This document shows, one piece after another, positions 9,012-20,000 of a stretch of DNA of 20,000 bases. The position numbers and the translations under genes were made by a program. The number at the start of each line of letters is the position of its first letter. The first letter of the stretch is position 1. Source of the DNA: Chiloscyllium plagiosum. Lineage: Eukaryota. Under the pieces are notes generated by a model. The model saw only the letters and a program-made list of their open reading frames with translations. It did not search any database and was not told the origin of the DNA. The stretch covers positions 75,068,187 to 75,088,186 of the forward strand of contig NC_057711.1 of assembly GCF_004010195.1 (NCBI RefSeq). The letters are read 5' to 3'.

Positions 9012-10119
9012 AACCCAAAGAAACCCAAACATATAAGTAGAAAGCAGGAATCATGTACACTGCTTCACCTGAGGCCCACTCAAGATGGAGTTATGTGTAT
9101 TGCACATTTAACATAGTAAGAAGTCCAAGGTACTTTGAACATAAACTTGTCTCTTGCATTAAATATAATGATAGTTAGTTAATCTATGTCCATACATCAC
9201 ACATTGATCTACTGATCTTCATCAATGTGATCTGCAGCAAAGAGGTAAAGGTTCGGACACACAGGAGATGGATGATTTCAATAGGGAACATTGAAGTAGT
9301 AGCTCCACTCAAACTGCCCTTAATTCTCATCCTCTGCCAGCGTCAGTCAGTATCCAACATGGTATCTCATCTCCTCGTGTACATACCTAATCTGCTTCGG
9401 TATAAGCAAAGCAGTCTTTGGCAAGGACATTAGGAGCTCAAAAGCCCAAAGAGCTTTTGTAAAGCAAGCATGTCATCACCATCATCAGGACAAAGATAGA
9501 ACAACCAGCTTCCATCTTTGTTAAAGTCACATGGAATGTACCACATAGAAAAGAGAAGTCACATTGTAATTTACCAAGAGTATGCATGTGGGTATTTGAA
9601 AAAATGGTATGTTGTCAAATTTCATTTTCTTGTTTAAAAAATGCCCAAAAATGTTTTGGCAAAACTTCCATGTTTTTTCAACTTATTCTCTGTGTGTTAG
9701 TGTGCCTTTTCATTTCTTTATTGGTAAATGTTATGATAAAACAGCACCCATTAGGTGATGTGCAATGGAATAAGCATGGCTGGTAAACTGTGTGAATCTG
9801 CAAAAAGTGTGAATCTGTGCTAATTTTGGATCTCATTTCTGATTGTTCCATTTAGTATATTTAACTAAAGCTTCAAGTTACGATGGTATCTTTCTCATCC
9901 CAGGCAGCAATGGGTTTGGATGTTCAGGTGATACTTGTTCCCATGTTTATATTTCTTCTCCTACTCCTTTTCATCCTCTTCTTCAGAGTTCTTACTGTCT
10001 GAAGAGGTTCAACAAACACTTTGTTCTTAGACTACTTCATAACGCTGCCGTGCAATGTTGCAGATGACACAGCATTACCCCGTGGTCACCTTTACTGGCA
10101 ATTCATGAATTTGATTGGT

Positions 10120-10235
10120 TCAATTTGATTTAACCTTTATTGTCATGTCTACTCAAGTACAAAATACAGGAGTACAGTGAAAAGTGTCCAATGTCGCCAC
10201 ACACAATGCAATCTTAGGTGCAAACGCACCTAGGT
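10120..10235 (-). mobile_element. Possible LINE 3' end remnant (Rex1/Babar-like)
   Basis: TTGATT repeats followed by TTTATTGTCATGT...GTACAGTGAAAAG resemble a common fish/shark LINE terminus; from recollection only. Confidence 0.35.
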
Positions 10236-10287
10236 ACAACTTGTAACATGTAAAACAAAATTAAAAGTTAAAACCAAAAGACGCGAT

Positions 10288-10731
10288 ATGGAACATCAGC
10301 CATTGTATCAACTATGGTCACTAGCCTCATTTCATCTGGTGATCTCCCCCCGTATTGCCTCCTAGCTGATCATGTCCCAACCCCACACAGCTCGCTTCCA
10401 CCTCCTTCCAAAAATCCAGAACTATGACTGCCCAACCAGATCCATTATTTCTGTCTGCTCTTTCCCCACAGAACACATGTCTTCCTACCTTGACTTGGTT
10501 TTTTTCTCTCCTGTTTCAGTCCCTTTCCGTGATTTCTCTGACGCTTTACGCCAGTTTCAGAATTTCCAATTTGCAGGCTCCGGCTACTTCCTCTTCACCA
10601 CGGACCCTCCTTCACGTCCATCCCCATCAGGATGGTCTCAGGTCTCTTCGCTTCTTCCTGAAGCAAAGGCTTGAACCGTCCCCACCCACCACCACCCTCC
10701 ACCACCTGGCCCAGCTTGTCCTCACTCAACA
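10288..10731 (+). pseudogene. Penelope-like element reverse transcriptase fragment (frameshifted)
   Basis: QPHTARFHLLPKIQNYDCPTRSIISVCSFPTEHMSSYLD matches the PLE RT pattern P..A.FY.LPKIHK...PGRPI.S....PTE..S.YLD. It continues FLFTTD (motif A remnant) and, in another frame, PHQDGLRSLRFFL...LAQLVLT. Small deletions and frameshifts; truncated before the catalytic DD. Confidence 0.85.
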
Positions 10732-11090
10732 CAACAGGAGTATTTTGTACCATCTGCATGGTATGTTGTGGAAATACACCAAGTTTCATTAGGCAGCACC
10801 TCCTGAACCCCAAACCACTACTATTTAGAAGGACAAGGACTACTGATATATGAAAACACCATCACCCATAATTTTCTCTCCAAGCCAGTCAACATCCTGA
10901 CTTGGAAATTATTGTAATTCCTTCAGTTTTGCTGGGTCAAAGTCATGGAATTCCTGCATAAGGGCATAATGTATCTACCTTTAGCTCAGGAACTGGAGCA
11001 GTTCAAGAACCATCTTCTCAAGGGCAACTAGGGATGGGCAACAAACCCATGGGCTAGCAATGCCCACACTCCATGAATGAATAAAAGAAA
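10732..11090 (+). mobile_element. Decayed CR1-clade LINE 3' fragment (subfamily A)
   Basis: CTIC...RQHLLNPKPLLFRRTR remnant. Homologous to 920-1365. Terminates CCATGAATGAATAAAAGAAA. Confidence 0.8.
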
Positions 11091-14000
11091 CTTAAATATA
11101 AAAATGTGCCATGGAATTTATCATTCTCCAAATTAAGACCTCACTGTGAAACATTTGCCAAAGTGAACCATCCAAGTAATTGTAAACACTGAAAGCTAGA
11201 TCATCCCAAAGAGTTTCAAGTTCCACCATCAGAGCCAAAAACTGGAGCCAATAAAAGACTAGATAGGCAGATCCCACAGACTGGAGGGGTGAGGACTATT
11301 TCAATGATGCTGTCTTAGGCACTGAAATAGCAATTGTCACAGCAGGAGATGAACTGCCATGGACCTTGGATGTCCCAATGTGGAGGATAACTACTCCGCT
11401 ACATGATGGGAGGCTGCTAGGGTTTACCAGGCAATCCCTCCATATGACATAATTCCATCCTGCTCTGGTAAAATCCTGCAAAGAGCAACTAATTGTATCA
11501 AATGGTCACTCAGTGGACAGCACTGCCACTAATGCTCCTCAGCTAGTGATGTACCAAGGCAGCAGGAATAAGGCGAGATCCCCTCCTGTCATCTTCCTCT
11601 GCATATTTCCAGCTCTCCCTCACACCTTGCCTGTCACCAGAGGGCCATGTGTTCAGCCTTGAGTCTTCCCTGAGATTTGGCAATCCAAATTTTAAAGGCT
11701 CCCCACGGATTACACCTCAATCTTGTCTTTATTTCACTGATGAGTTCCCTGGTTCCTGAGAAATTATTGCTGAAGGCGGTAAATTCACATGCCTGTTTAA
11801 TTCAATTAAAATTCACCTTTCTGCCATATGCTGATGCTTTAAACAGCTATTGTAGTTACTGACCTGTCTGTGTTAATGATTGTGCTCCAACAAGCAGGTT
11901 ACTCACACACAGGCAAATCTGCATCTGTTAGATCCAGAAGTAGGCATGTTTAAGCTGGGCTGTGATCACACTTCATTATTAATTTTTTTAAATTTCGAAT
12001 CTGACCCCAATTCATTCATGCTTGGGCTCCCACAGAGACAAGGAAGACTCTAACTCTTGCTAATGGCATAAAATGTCAGTACACAGATTTGAAACCTCTA
12101 AACGAACGTAGTTCCACTGTATACAGTGTAATGTTTGCAACATGTCCTTATTCATTACATATTTACTGAATTTGCTTTTTCGGAACTGAGCCCAGATATA
12201 GCTGCTTACCTCACTGGTGTTGAAGACCTGTGAGAAGCATTCATGTTCTACATAGCTCACTATTAAGCTAAAAGGTATATTAACAAAACTAAGCTTTTTG
12301 GGTTCAGCCTTCAGCAGTCCCTGTTAAGGTTGTTTGTTAGGCCATATGTAATCCAAATAATCTTGGCACCTGCTCTGCTTAGGACAGACAATTTCTGAAA
12401 ATGAATCCTAAAACAGGCATTTGGCTCGTCATTACCAAAGGCAAGGACTTGAAACCTTGTTTAAGGAAGCTGCCAGGGATATCTGAAAGATTGAGGCACA
12501 GCAATTTCCTTGCTGTCGACTAATTTGGCCTTTGCCTTTGATCCTTTTTTGCCCTCAAGCTGCAGTCACAACCAGGCGCAATAAGGTCCAATTTCTCCCT
12601 TTTTTTTCTGAAGCTACCCACATACAAATAGATGATCTCCTGAGTAGGTTTGGGTACTGCAGAGATGCATTCTGTAAAGAAGTTACCATTTTATTTAATT
12701 TATGGTAATAATACTAAATATTTTTAGGTTAATAAAAACCCACATGTTCTCCAACAGAGCAGAGCACTGACATGTTAGCACACGTGCAGAATTCTTAACT
12801 TTGGAAATAGCACTATGGCATGGGTTGGCCACATGTTACTCTATACAATGACTTCTTGGGATTAGTATCTTCAAAATAATTGAGGTCCTTATGTCCTGGT
12901 ACAAGTTTATAGGAGTGGCTCGTAAGCAAAAAAATCATATATACCATGGGAGCTCATGAAACAGAAGTTTGACCTTGGCCCTTACAGCAACTGGTTTGAC
13001 TGGATGAGAAAAAAAAACTAGAATTACTGTACTTGTCCACAGGCTTCAGCATAAAGTGAATTGATTTAAACTGCTTTTGGAAATGATTGAAGAACCTGTA
13101 AATTGTGAGAAAGTCTGTTTCTGCAATCAAAGGCCAATGACTGCAGCTCTGATGAAATGTTCAACTGTTTGCATATTTTCCTTCTGTCAAAATGAGTAGA
13201 AGGTTCCACTTATTTTCTGGAATGATTTATGCATTGATCTTGAACTGCCAACTCCTATAACAAGAGTGTTTGCTGCCTTAAATAATGTACAGCATATCAA
13301 ACCGTGCCTTAAAGCATTTCAACATGCTTGCACAGGTGTATACAATCTAAACTTTAACTAACAAGCTGTCGTTGTTTTTGAGTCATTGCATTTTTGAAAT
13401 CATAGAAAATGTAATAAATTTCCTTTTGGTAGGTTTGTCTTATATATAAAAAAGTCAGCCATAAATAAAGCATTTATATTAGAGATGGTACTTATCAGAC
13501 TGTGTTACAAAATGGCTACAGTGTGAAGTAAAATTTAGATTGAAGGACAACCATGAAAATGACTTTGGGTAGGGGAGAAAAACCATTATAAGACTTATAT
13601 CTGCTTTGAGGCAAAATTGCCAAAGCAGTTATACGGGGTTAAAATCGTTAAAAGAAACAGACATTTCCATCCTTTTGGCACTAAAGTCAGTCTGGATTAA
13701 ACCTGACAGTTCCTCCATTTCAGGAACCTGATCCAGTGCAGATACTGTATGCGTCTGCAGTGTTGGAGCTTTGAACTGTCTGCTTGGAAGAGATGTTCAT
13801 TAAACTACCCACTGCACTCTGAGCTGGGATGCAGTCCAAAAGAGTTAGAAATGATTGGTGGATCGTCGGAGATTTCTGCTTGTGAAAGAGATGTCTGTGA
13901 TTAAGCTGCAGTTTATGAAATTGTTGAAGTGCTTATAGTACAGTCCAATTTCAGTGTATTTGCAAAACAGTCACCAACTATATTTGTATTCAAGCATTTA

Positions 14001-16132
14001 TATCAGGAAAATGTTGCTTATGTGAGCCAACATACCAGATTGTTTCTTGCTTTGAATTCAAAATAGATTTAATTGGTGCAAAATACCACTTTGTTATATT
14101 ATTAGCAACTTTCAAATAACAATGATCACCTGCTGCAGTTTGTTCTTTTGATTTAAAAGATAATTGCTGCATAAAATGTGTCAGTGTCAAAAATTCCCTC
14201 CTATTTTCTCCATAGTGTGTAAAACAATAAAAAAATGAACAATTTAGTTGAAATATCAACAAATCAACATTAAACATATGAGCTGACCTGTAATACAATG
14301 TTATAGTGTCTTCAAATGGGAACCAACAGATTCACAAAAAGAAAATAATTTTGCTGACAGTGATTGTGCAGGTGAGATGTGGCAAGTATTAGCTGTAGCA
14401 CAGTAGATAACTCTCTTGCATGTGGTTGAAAGATTATTAACAGAATTTTCCCAGCAGCTGAATGACGTGGGTAATGGTGAGAAAATGGTGAGAATTAGGT
14501 GAGAATGAGAAAACAAGATTCTGACGTTGAGGAAAATAAATTTGATTTTCTCCTTGATGTTCCAATGGCTAAATGAGAATATTGCTAGTAAGCAGTCCAG
14601 ACATTATTTCATTACTAGCTAATCTCATCTATTTTATATACAGGTTGCTATTCTCCCAGGTGGCACTAAGCCCTAACCAGAAAACTACCTGGCAGCTGCA
14701 ATTTACCAGAGTCTTCTCCTACCCTTCATGTGGATTTCCATTCTTCAATCTCCCAGCACGCTCCATTGGTGGTGGTCATCTCCATCTTTCATCCATAAAA
14801 GTCAGCATCAACAAAGCAGCAGGCTGACCACACATCGTGGTTGATCTCAGACTTATAATACAGTCCAAAACTGCAATACTGTACATTGGAGCTTACTGCC
14901 ACCTTACATTGTAATGCTCCTGCTATTCAGGTACACACTCACATATTGTATATCAGAGTAGGGTACATCTCAGTACTCTTAACTTGATGTCCTAGCACTC
15001 AATTACTATGTGCTTGGATGAATACACTATTTCTGACTTGCCTTGCCTTTTAGCATCAATAGTAAGTCAGACAGATTGTTATGGCTGTCAGTCGTCAAGA
15101 GGGTGGACATATTGCTGTGCGCCATCACATTATGTTAATATTACACCTTCAGCATATGTTAGCAGCTTACATGTCAAACACATAAATGGCTGTATCTCAA
15201 AGTCTAAGTGGAGTAGTTCTTAGTTGAGTCAAACGGAATATAGCCACACTCAGTCAAGAGCATCATCCAATCTCAATACAGGTTGGCCATGTTCAGTCCT
15301 GAAGGCCAAGCACAGGCAATCTTGCTATTGAAGGAAGATCAGACAGGAAGCCATGAAGATATCAATCCAGGCATGGGCTAGTTTTCCCTGCAATGGGTCA
15401 AAATGAGGGACCAGGTAGTATGGAAGTAGGTGAAAGAGTAATTAATGGTTGTGCAGGAGCAGCAGAGGTGGTGAGGTGTCCCCAGTCAATGAGTAGATTG
15501 TGCAGAGGTCAGCAGGGTTACTACTTCAGGAAGCTGAGAGCCACTGAGAGAAGATGCTGCATGCAATCACGGAAGTGGTAGGCCCTGAGGCTTGGCTGAA
15601 AGATGTCTGCAGTAGCAGACACAGAATGGATGAAAGCTAGCATAGAGTAGAAGGTGGCACTCACCCTTGTGAAACACTTAAGGCCATTGCTTTTCTTACA
15701 GCGTTGTTGCACATTTCCTCTGATTATTGAAACTGCAAGACTTTAGTTCTGTCTGGTGCCATGGTGACTGTTGATGACCCTGAGGAAAGAGATGGGCCCC
15801 CTTTTCACCAGAACATCCAGGTCCCTGTCCACGAATTGGGGTTCAAACTTCCCTTTTGGTACTGTTGCATTTTGGATTGCTGATGAGCAACACACCTTAA
15901 ATGGTCACTCCTGGCTTTCAGCATTTGAAATGGTACACAGCTAGGGTTTAAGTATGCTCCTTGTGTCATTAATACCAGTCAATCCTGGCACCAGCAAGCC
16001 CCTCAACCCCATACTGACCACTAGATTTCACCAGTGTGGTGATATGGAAGCTGGATCCCAAATTAATGTCACTATGGCTCACTTTGGGAAACCCTCATTG
16101 AAACTCCCTGAAATTGACATTTAGCCAAAACA

Positions 16133-16432
16133 CGGGAAGATTCAATCTTATGTATTCAAGATGAGTGTAAAATTCTAGGCTGATCCTCTCTTGCAATACT
16201 GAGAGAGTGCTGTACAGTCAATGAAGCATTATCCTTGGTGTCCTGGCCAATATTTATTCCTCAATCTACATCACAAAAACAGATTGCCATTTGTCAAACT
16301 ATTGTCTACAAATAGTCTGTTGTATTTCCTATATCACAACAGTGATTAAACCTGAAAAGTACTTCATTAGCTATAAAGCACTTTGAGATGTGTTATAATC
16401 ATGAAAGATACGGTAAGAATGGTCTTTCCTTC
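16133..16432 (+). mobile_element. DeuSINE-superfamily SINE (SacSINE1-like), internally deleted
   Basis: TCTAGGCTGA...ATACTGAGAGAGTGCTG, GGTGTCCTGGCCAATATTTATTCCTCAA, AAAACAGATT, and an AAAAGTACTTCATTAGCTATAAAGCACTTTG tail. These match my recollection of shark DeuSINE; part of the central domain is missing near 16220. Confidence 0.7.
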
Positions 16433-16443
16433 TCAAGATTAAG

Positions 16444-16807
16444 AAGACGTTTATAAAATCATTAAGGGCACAGATAACTTGAAAAGCAAAGGTCTTTTCC
16501 ATTGTGTTGGAGAGTTCAAAACTCAACGGCATGTTTTTAAGGGGAGAAGGTAAATATTTAAAAGGGATCCGAGGGGCAACTTTTTCATGCGGGGATGCTC
16601 CATATGTGGAATGAACTACCAGAGGAAGTGGGATGTGCAGGTACAGTTCCATATTTAAAAGACTTTTGGACAGATACATGAATAGGAGAGGTTTAAGAGG
16701 GATATGGGCCAAATGCAAGCAAATGAGACTAGTTTGGGAAACTTGGTTCTGCTTGGTTGAGCTGGACTGAAGGGTCTGTTTCCATGCTGTATGACTCTAC
16801 AACTCTA
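16444..16807 (+). mobile_element. CR1 LINE 3' fragment (subfamily B), 5'-truncated
   Basis: GTTTATAAAATCATTAAGGGC (VYKIIKG), GGGCAACTTTTT, TGGAATGAACTACCAGAGGAAG (WNELPEE), and a 3' end GAAGGGTCTGTTTCCATGCTGTATGACTCTACAACTCTA. Confidence 0.9.
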
Positions 16808-19409
16808 AAGTAACTTTTTATCTGGATATTGGGTGGTATAACAATTAGATTAAATTTAGAAGATAGCTAAAGCAATAACAGATTTCTAATAAAATTGATT
16901 CTAGTGACAGCTAGGACCATAGAGATATCTTACAATGTGATGTGAGGTGCCACCAGAAGACAACAGATTTTCAATATCCCAAGGCATATTGCATTTGGTT
17001 CAGGAAATGACCAGGAGAATAAAATATCTGCATCAAGGGACATAGCTTGACACATCTGTGCCTGAGCTCAACAGACAGGACAATTGGTGTGTAATGTTTT
17101 GCCCCTGGCATTCTTTGTGGACGTCTGGATCATTCCAGAATGTCAAACTGCAGCTGTATCAGCTCTTGTGTCCTAAGCAGTATCATAGAGGTCTGGTTTA
17201 AATGCTTACAAATCTGTATTGCCGCTATTGATGTCATAATCTTGTGAAGGACTGACAGACTAAGCCATGCACTTTTTGTTTGCTGGAGAGGGCAACTTTG
17301 ATGAGAAGTAACTTTTTGTCATTTAGTCCAATGTGTTGCTTTGGGGTATTCAGATTTCAGAATTCACAAGCAGCTTGCCTGTGTGGTCTGCCAAATAGGC
17401 TCCAAGAGAAAACTGAAATATTCTGCATGTACACATTTCTCACTGTGTTCTTGGGCTGCGATTTTATTTCCAAGCCAGTAATAATATTGAAAACTCTCTA
17501 ACTTCTGTCAGCAATGGGCTATCACAGCTCAGATAGTGCAGCAGCCCCCTTTTTCTGATTTCCGACAGTTAACGTTTTAATGCTGATATTGATGAATCTC
17601 CTCAGTACTGCTCTAGCACTCCCTTAGAATCTTTTGAAGCCCTTAATCCTTTGGGAATATCAAGACCAGCATCATGCAAGATTTACTAACGGAACCAAGC
17701 ATTCTCTGCATATTTCTATCTAAATAAAAGTTCATTTTTATCACTACCAGAAGAAGCTGATATAACTCATACGTGTTTCACTCCCCCACCTCACCACCAC
17801 CTACAGCCCCGCCCCCCCCCCACTCTATCTGTAGTCTTGTTTTAGGCTGTGCCTTTTACTAAATTATTAATCTATTAGAAGAATGATTATGCAAAACAAA
17901 AATGCAATCTTGATGAAAATCCAATTGTAATGAAATTGACTATTATATTATCTTTATAAGATAGCATTCTAACTGGATGCAAGCAAGAAGACAACCAGAA
18001 TAGAGTTTAGGTTAAAAAAAACCTTCTGAGGAGAAAAAATGTCAAAGTGCAATTCTTACTCACCCAATAAGAAGTGGGCAGATGCTGCTCAGGCTTCTGT
18101 GGTCAACCAAATTTGTGTAATGAGGTGCCAACGCCACGACTGCCAATCTTTGGGAGGATGGAAGTTGTGAAGCTACTGCCACATTTAAACATCTGCTGCA
18201 GTTCAAAGTGATGGCACCCAAATCACTAAAATCGCTTGCTTTGCTCTGAGCTCGGCAACAGAAAGGCGTCTGTTAATGACAGCATCAGGATGAGAGCCCT
18301 CAGGGTCACAGATGGTGGACATGCTTTTTAATGATGTTACTTGGAAGGGGGGGGGAAGCATTTTTTGGAGCATTGCCACTATCGAGTTCCATGATCAGAT
18401 CAAACGTACCAAAGGTACATTTCAGGTAGTTTACAGCTCCAATTTTTACTGCAGGGTACCTGATCACTCTCAATCTTACATGTCATGCAAATTTTAGTAT
18501 TTATTGCATTTTTTAAAAAAAGTATATAATCCATAATATCAAAAACGATTAATCGTAAGCAGTGGACATTCCATCCTCTTTTCTCTACCCCACAAATTGC
18601 TATTAATATTCACTCATGCTCCTGAACAGGAAAGCATCTCAGGCAGGTAAATGGAAGCAAAAGTGCACCATGGACCACTTTCTCCCTCTCATGACCTAGA
18701 TTCATTTTCTGAGACATTTAAGTAACAAGACAAGATAAGTAGGGCCCAGTTAGGCAGAATGATAATGAGAGGGAAGATATTGTTGATTTGTGTGCTATGG
18801 AGTGGTCACCATTTTGCAGAAGAGCATTAAGTCTCATCCTGTCAAAGAATCCAGAGGCTTCAGCAAGGATTGGGGTCTGCAAAGGCTCCACTCCACTAGC
18901 CTACAACTTCCTATCAGATTGCAATGTCACCTCTAAGTCCTTAGTCAGTGTGTAAGCACTGAATAAAAGAGGATTATACACAGGAAAATGTCAAGCAGAA
19001 TTGGTGGCATACCTTGGTTGCTACAGTGAAGTATATAAAAGGCTCAATTCTTGTTTAACCCCACTCCAGTTGCAGTTTTCTGGCCTGTCATTTCTGAGGC
19101 ATTGCAGTCTCCAGTTACATAAGTTATATATTTCTGAATATTTAACTTGTCTAATACACGTTTTCCAAAAGAGACAGTATTACTGGGTCTCAGTAGATAT
19201 ACATCCCAGCTTGTATCAGTCCTGGTGCAATCCGCTACCATCTGAATTTCAATACCGAACAGTTTGCTCATAACTGACGCTATACTAACACATCAGTAGT
19301 TAACTGTTTTTGACTTCCTTGAGTAGAAATGCTACATTCGCTACCCATCATTCTGAAGCATATTTTGAATAGCAAGCAGGATTGAAAACTTTGTACTTAA
19401 AGCTTTCTG

Positions 19410-20000
19410 TAGAACATAGAACATAGAACATAGAAGAATACAGCGCAGTACAGGCCCTTTGGCCCTCGATGTTGCGCCGATCCAAGCCCACCTAACCTAT
19501 ACTAACCCACTATCCTCCATATACCTATCCAATGCCCGCTTAAATGCCCATAAAGAGGGAGAGTCCACCACTGCTACTGGCAGGGCATTCCATGAACTTA
19601 TGACTCGCTGAGTGAAGAACCTACCCCTAACTTCAGTCCTATATCTACCCCCCCTTAATTTAAATACCCGACTCCATACACGGGAAAAGGTTCACACTGT
19701 CAACCCTATATAACCCCCTAATCATCTTGTACACCTCAATCAAGTCACCCCTAAACCTTCTTTTCTCTAATGAAAACAGCCCCAAGTGTCTCAGTCTATC
19801 CTCATACGATCTTCCTTCCATACCAGGCAACATCCTGGTAAACCTCCTCTGCACCCGTTCCAGTGCCTCCACATCCTTCCTATAGTATGGCAACCAAAAC
19901 TGCACACAATATTCCAGATGCAGCCGCACCAGAGTCTTATACAACTGCATCATGACCTCAGGACTCCCGAACTCAATTCCTCTACCAATAAAAGCCAGGA
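19410..20000 (-). mobile_element. Relatively young CR1 LINE 3' end (subfamily C; ORF2 C-terminus, 3' UTR, (TTCTATG)n tail); runs off the window
   Basis: LYKTLVRLHLEYCVQFWLPYYRKDVEALERVQRRFTRMLPG is the classic CR1 ORF2 C-terminal region. After a frameshift near 19660-19668 it continues LRGGRYRTEVRGRFFTQRVISSWNALP...KRALDRYM to a stop at 19497-19499. Tail (AGAACAT)x3 starts at 19411. Confidence 0.95.

Larger units (their letters stand above)
8643..9090. mobile_element. Penelope-like element insertion (family 2): 3' end on minus strand (8643-8910) plus inverted partial copy (8911-9087); probable 7-bp TSD
   Basis: Near-perfect inverted arms (ATATGTTTGGGTTTCTTTGGGTTGGTGATGTCA vs TGACATCACCAACCCAAAGAAACCCAAACATAT; AGTGGGCCTCAGG vs CCTGAGGCCCACT). 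TTATGTG at 8636-8642 and 9091-9097. INKHIELDxIY / KHIEFGPIY peptide resembles the PLE ORF C-terminus after the GIY-YIG domain. Hammerhead motif at 8716-8755. Confidence 0.8.
8615..9140 (-). mobile_element. Old L2-like LINE/SINE 3' tail remnant split by the family 2 PLE (pieces 8615-8642 and 9091-9140)
   Basis: Rejoined flanks CAACAACAATAGCAATTTGAATTTATGTG-TATTGCACATTTAACATAGTAAGAAGTCCAAGGTACTT resemble the reverse complement of L2-type 3' tails (from recollection, not searched). Confidence 0.4.

Noticed and set aside
11296..11481. Possible non-autonomous DNA transposon end (GGTAAAATCCTGC), with a similar motif near 3135
   Set aside because: No matching partner inverted terminus or TSD found nearby.
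11735..11770. CTGATGA...GAAA as another hammerhead
   Set aside because: The intervening GTTCCCTGGTTCCTGA forms no stem II closing on GAAA, and there is no convincing stem I or III.
13720..13905. Open frame after a TTTCAG acceptor (NLIQCRYCMRLQC...)
   Set aside because: No recognisable protein and no supporting donor or neighbouring exon.
13990..14298. 102-aa minus-strand ORF
   Set aside because: AT-rich with no recognisable motif; consistent with chance.
16371..16718. 115-aa minus-strand ORF
   Set aside because: Antisense reading of the CR1 and SINE fragments.
17780..17825. C-rich tract (possible G-quadruplex on minus)
   Set aside because: Short low-complexity run with no promoter or CpG-island context.
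18055..18200. Strong minus-strand donor (TGG/GTGAGT) with an upstream open frame
   Set aside because: No good acceptor and an unrecognisable peptide; isolated donor motifs are common.

Overview
AT-rich eukaryotic non-coding DNA (intronic or intergenic) with no supportable intact protein-coding gene. The repeat content resembles cartilaginous fish, probably a shark; this is inferred from remembered repeat families, not from a search. The window holds decayed retroelements: six CR1-clade LINE 3' fragments from about three subfamilies, a DeuSINE/SacSINE1-like SINE, a Penelope-like (PLE) reverse transcriptase pseudogene fragment, and three PLE terminal-repeat insertions. The PLE insertions are the most structured signal. 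Two are head-to-head inverted duplications with target-site duplications (TSDs): 7119-8380 with CTATCACTGA and 8643-9090 with TTATGTG. The third is a 90-bp micro-insertion (1004-1093, TSD TAGAAG) nested in a CR1. Together they carry four degenerate minimal hammerhead ribozyme motifs from two families. Both families also show a 3'-terminal stem with a 28-nt loop. An unexplained 73-bp, about 90% identical direct repeat lies at 174/1392. Most ORFs in the track are spurious or repeat-derived.
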